A stretch of 63,958 bases of DNA, filler included, from Octopus bimaculoides (lineage: Eukaryota): the NCBI RefSeq assembly GCF_001194135.2. It is 10 parts of 10 records of this genome, joined end to end, with 100 filler letters (N's around TTAATTAATTAA, not from the genome) between each part and the next. Parts side by side here need not be neighbours in the genome. Positions count along the whole stretch, not along the records: positions 61,397 to 62,429 come from NW_026396390.1; positions 62,530 to 63,958 come from NC_068996.1; 8 more parts are not named here. The stretch is one strand, 5' to 3'. Within the stretch, counting starts at the first letter, position 1. Each line of letters begins with the position of its first letter. This document shows positions 61,397 to 63,958 of this stretch, in pieces. Position numbers and translations under genes: made by a program. Under the pieces are notes generated by a model. It was not told the DNA's origin. It made no database searches and worked only from the letters and a program-made list of their open reading frames with translations.

Positions 61397-62400
61397 TTAA
61401 AGAAGGATTTACAACCAAAAGCCCTACCATACATTTCCACACACAAACCTCTTAACAACAATGTCTTCGACACCATCCTTCAAAACATTCCCCTACTAAA
61501 AAAAAGATCACAGAATGAACTTAATCCTTCAAACGCACGCCATCATAAAAAGCAAGAGACAACCCAAATCTATGAAAGGTCTCCTAACACAAACTCGAAT
61601 ACGCTCAACAACAACAGAACAGAAGCCATCAGTAAAAAAATGCGGAAGACCCAACTGTGGGATATGCGTCAATTTAATTGAGGGATCAGAGTTCTCCTTT
61701 CAAACAGGAAGAACGTTTCACAGTGAAAAACAACTTCACATGTGCTTTGGAAAACCTGATATACGCACTAACCTGCTCTGGGTGTCAAGAGCAATACATA
61801 GGCCAAACAAAAAACAGTCTACGTAAAAGAATGGCTCTGCACAGATCCCAGATCAAAATTCCCCAAAACAGAAAAAATAGCATTCAGCCAACACATCGAC
61901 ATTTACGCCAGTAACAAAAATCCAAGCTTCAGAATTTTCCCCCTCTACCAACTCAGGGACGATACAACCCATAGCCAACGATTTAGTAAAGCGACTCTCT
62001 GTATTACAAAATACAGACCCCTTTTGAACGCATCTACAACAAACGACGTATCCACCACGGCCTTAGAATAACACAAACACACGCAAATATTAAAAATGAT
62101 ACACTCAAGGGATTCCCAAGAAGTCATTAAAATACAGTCCCAATCACTGCTATAATCCATAACGAGCCACTTTTAGGTCACTTAACCATTTAACATTCTA
62201 CTACTATCATACCACATACATTGCTTCTTATTCTCCCTTCTCTTTCTTTTTCTTCTTCTTCTTAGTCTTCTTCCTCTCCGCCACCTACGCAATTTTTATT
62301 TAAAAAACATTCAAAAGAGATGTCTCAAGAGTTCAATCACTACTGCCATCCACAACAGGTCACTTGACCATTTAACATCCTACTATCATGGCACTCCCAC
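61397..62400 (+). mobile_element. Penelope-like element 3' part: GIY-YIG endonuclease remnant and downstream repeats
   Basis: KCGRPNCGIC, then after a frameshift FTC..ENLIYALTCSGCQEQYIGQTKNSLRKRMALHRSQI, later YRPLLN. Two diverged copies of AATCACT...AGGTCACTT.ACCATTTAACAT..TACTATCAT follow (~62140-62215 and ~62335-62395). Confidence 0.85.
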
Positions 62401-62959
62401 ATTCTTCTTCTTCTTCTTCTTCTTCTTCTNNNNNNNNNNNNNNNNNNNNNNNNNNNNNNNNNNNNNNNNNNNNTTAATTAATTAANNNNNNNNNNNNNNN
62501 NNNNNNNNNNNNNNNNNNNNNNNNNNNNNGAGTAAGGTGATTAAAATCAAAATAAGCAACAAGGATATGCAGAGGTAATGCAGTACGATTGTTTCATGCA
62601 ACTCCATTTAATTGAACAACGCAATCATTACATCAATTTAAAATGCAGAGCAATCCTCAGCTGCACAAAGACAGAATTTAATTAAATTAGAGCAGATGGA
62701 CACATTAGTATAATTTTACCTAAAATCTCCAAGAAGTTAAGGTGATAGACAAAGAACATGTTGCAACTTCAGCTGAAGTTGATATCCTTGATATCCTCTG
62801 GATATCTTTGTTGCTTATTTTGATTTTAATCACCTTACTTTGAAATTGTATGGATAATACCGTACTAAATTCTGGTGCCTCAACTTAAGTACCATATTCA
62901 TCTGAATCTATCTATATATCTATCTACATATCTATGTATATATGTATATATATATATAT

Positions 62960-63002
62960 ATGAGTGTGTGTTTGTGTGTGGGGGTGCGTGTGTGTGTGTG
63001 TT

Positions 63003-63041
<39 letters not shown>

Positions 63042-63068
63042 TTGTGTTTGTGTGTGTGTGTGTGTGTG
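62960..63068. repeat. (GT)n-rich microsatellite
   Basis: Seen directly in sequence. Confidence 0.96.
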
Positions 63069-63958
63069 CCACATTAGAACTTAAGCAGTGCAATATTTTA
63101 TATTTTTGCAATTACAGTATAGAACATCCTGTGTACGTGAATTTTAGGCCACCATTTCGGGGCTTTCCTAAGCTGGAGTCGGCAGCGCAGTCGCTAGATA
63201 AACTGGCTCTTTACATGAGAACAGTTCCTTTTCAATTCCAGCTACTGACTATTGCTCAAAGCTACTCATGGGGTAGAGTTCTGATCAGAATCTGCTCTCG
63301 CTGCAGATCTCTACTCTTCCATTTGCTACTCTGCTCTTGAAAAGTGATGCCTAACTTACTTTAACAATTTCATCTGGACTTGTCACAAATCTATGATATC
63401 ATACACATTATTTATCAATATGGTTATTACGTAAATGATACAGGTATCATATAAATTACGACCATCTTGAAACAGCTGTCGAAATAAGATTTTGCATATT
63501 TTTTTTCTTCGTTTAATAATCTGTACTTATGTGCCTCTCCGTGTAAATATGTCTCATGACTGACGCGTGGCACACAGTGCACCTGTTCAGACAACGTCGA
63601 TTTGATGGAGAGAGTGAACTAATGTGTGACACAAACATGTGATCACTATAAACAAGTCGTTCGGCAAAAGCTGCTCGTTCATACGTCGTCTCCGACGGGA
63701 GAGTCCATCATATATAAAATACTGGAGTTAATCCATTTGACTAAAAATACTTCAAGGCAGTATCCCAGCATGACTGAAACTCTTCGAAACGCCAGTGTTT
63801 TAATGGTAGCAGCTGATGAAGGATATGTTCTCTATGTGGCCTGCGTGTTTTTTGTACCTTGTTTATCCTTTTGTCCATGTTTTTTTGCAACGTCATGTAC
63901 CCAGATATGTATCTATATGTACATGTAGATGAAGATATGTACATACATGTACATATAT

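Noticed and set aside
6099-63340. Dozens of ORFs rich in CV, HT, YI, YY or X
   Set aside because: They are translations of microsatellites, SINE bodies or N gaps, with no protein-like complexity.
63110-63340. Non-repetitive open frame (YSIEHPVYVNFRPPFRGFPKL...) after a possible acceptor
   Set aside because: No recognisable domain and no convincing donor; cannot be supported without transcript data.

Overview
AT-rich, repeat-dominated eukaryotic genomic DNA from a draft assembly with many N gaps. Nine gaps contain an artificial TTAATTAATTAA spacer. The mix of tRNA-derived SINE families, Penelope-like elements (PLEs), a Tx1/L1 LINE, mariner relics and very dense microsatellites suggests a cephalopod, probably Octopus (inference, not verified). 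Only one credible host coding sequence was found: an uninterrupted 176-codon ORF on the minus strand (43403-43933). It encodes a secreted protein with CBM6/CBM35-like carbohydrate-binding beta-sandwich motifs. The rest is transposon-derived or simple sequence: three to four mariner (DD34D) remnants, a decayed ~4.2 kb Tx1-like LINE plus a second fragment, several PLE pieces (RT N-terminus, GIY-YIG, terminal repeats with hammerhead-ribozyme-like motifs), a fossil hAT-like transposase, at least five SINE families and several foldback/MITE elements. Most notable structures: a foldback element whose arms are telomeric TTAGGG/CCCTAA arrays inside a perfect 50-bp inverted repeat (748-1226), a ~1 kb MITE with an exact 8-bp TSD just downstream of the gene, a minimal hammerhead candidate at 28855-28894 and a 116-nt near-perfect hairpin at 49665-49780. 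SINE and fragment boundaries are approximate. Most ORFs in the supplied track are microsatellite or gap artefacts.
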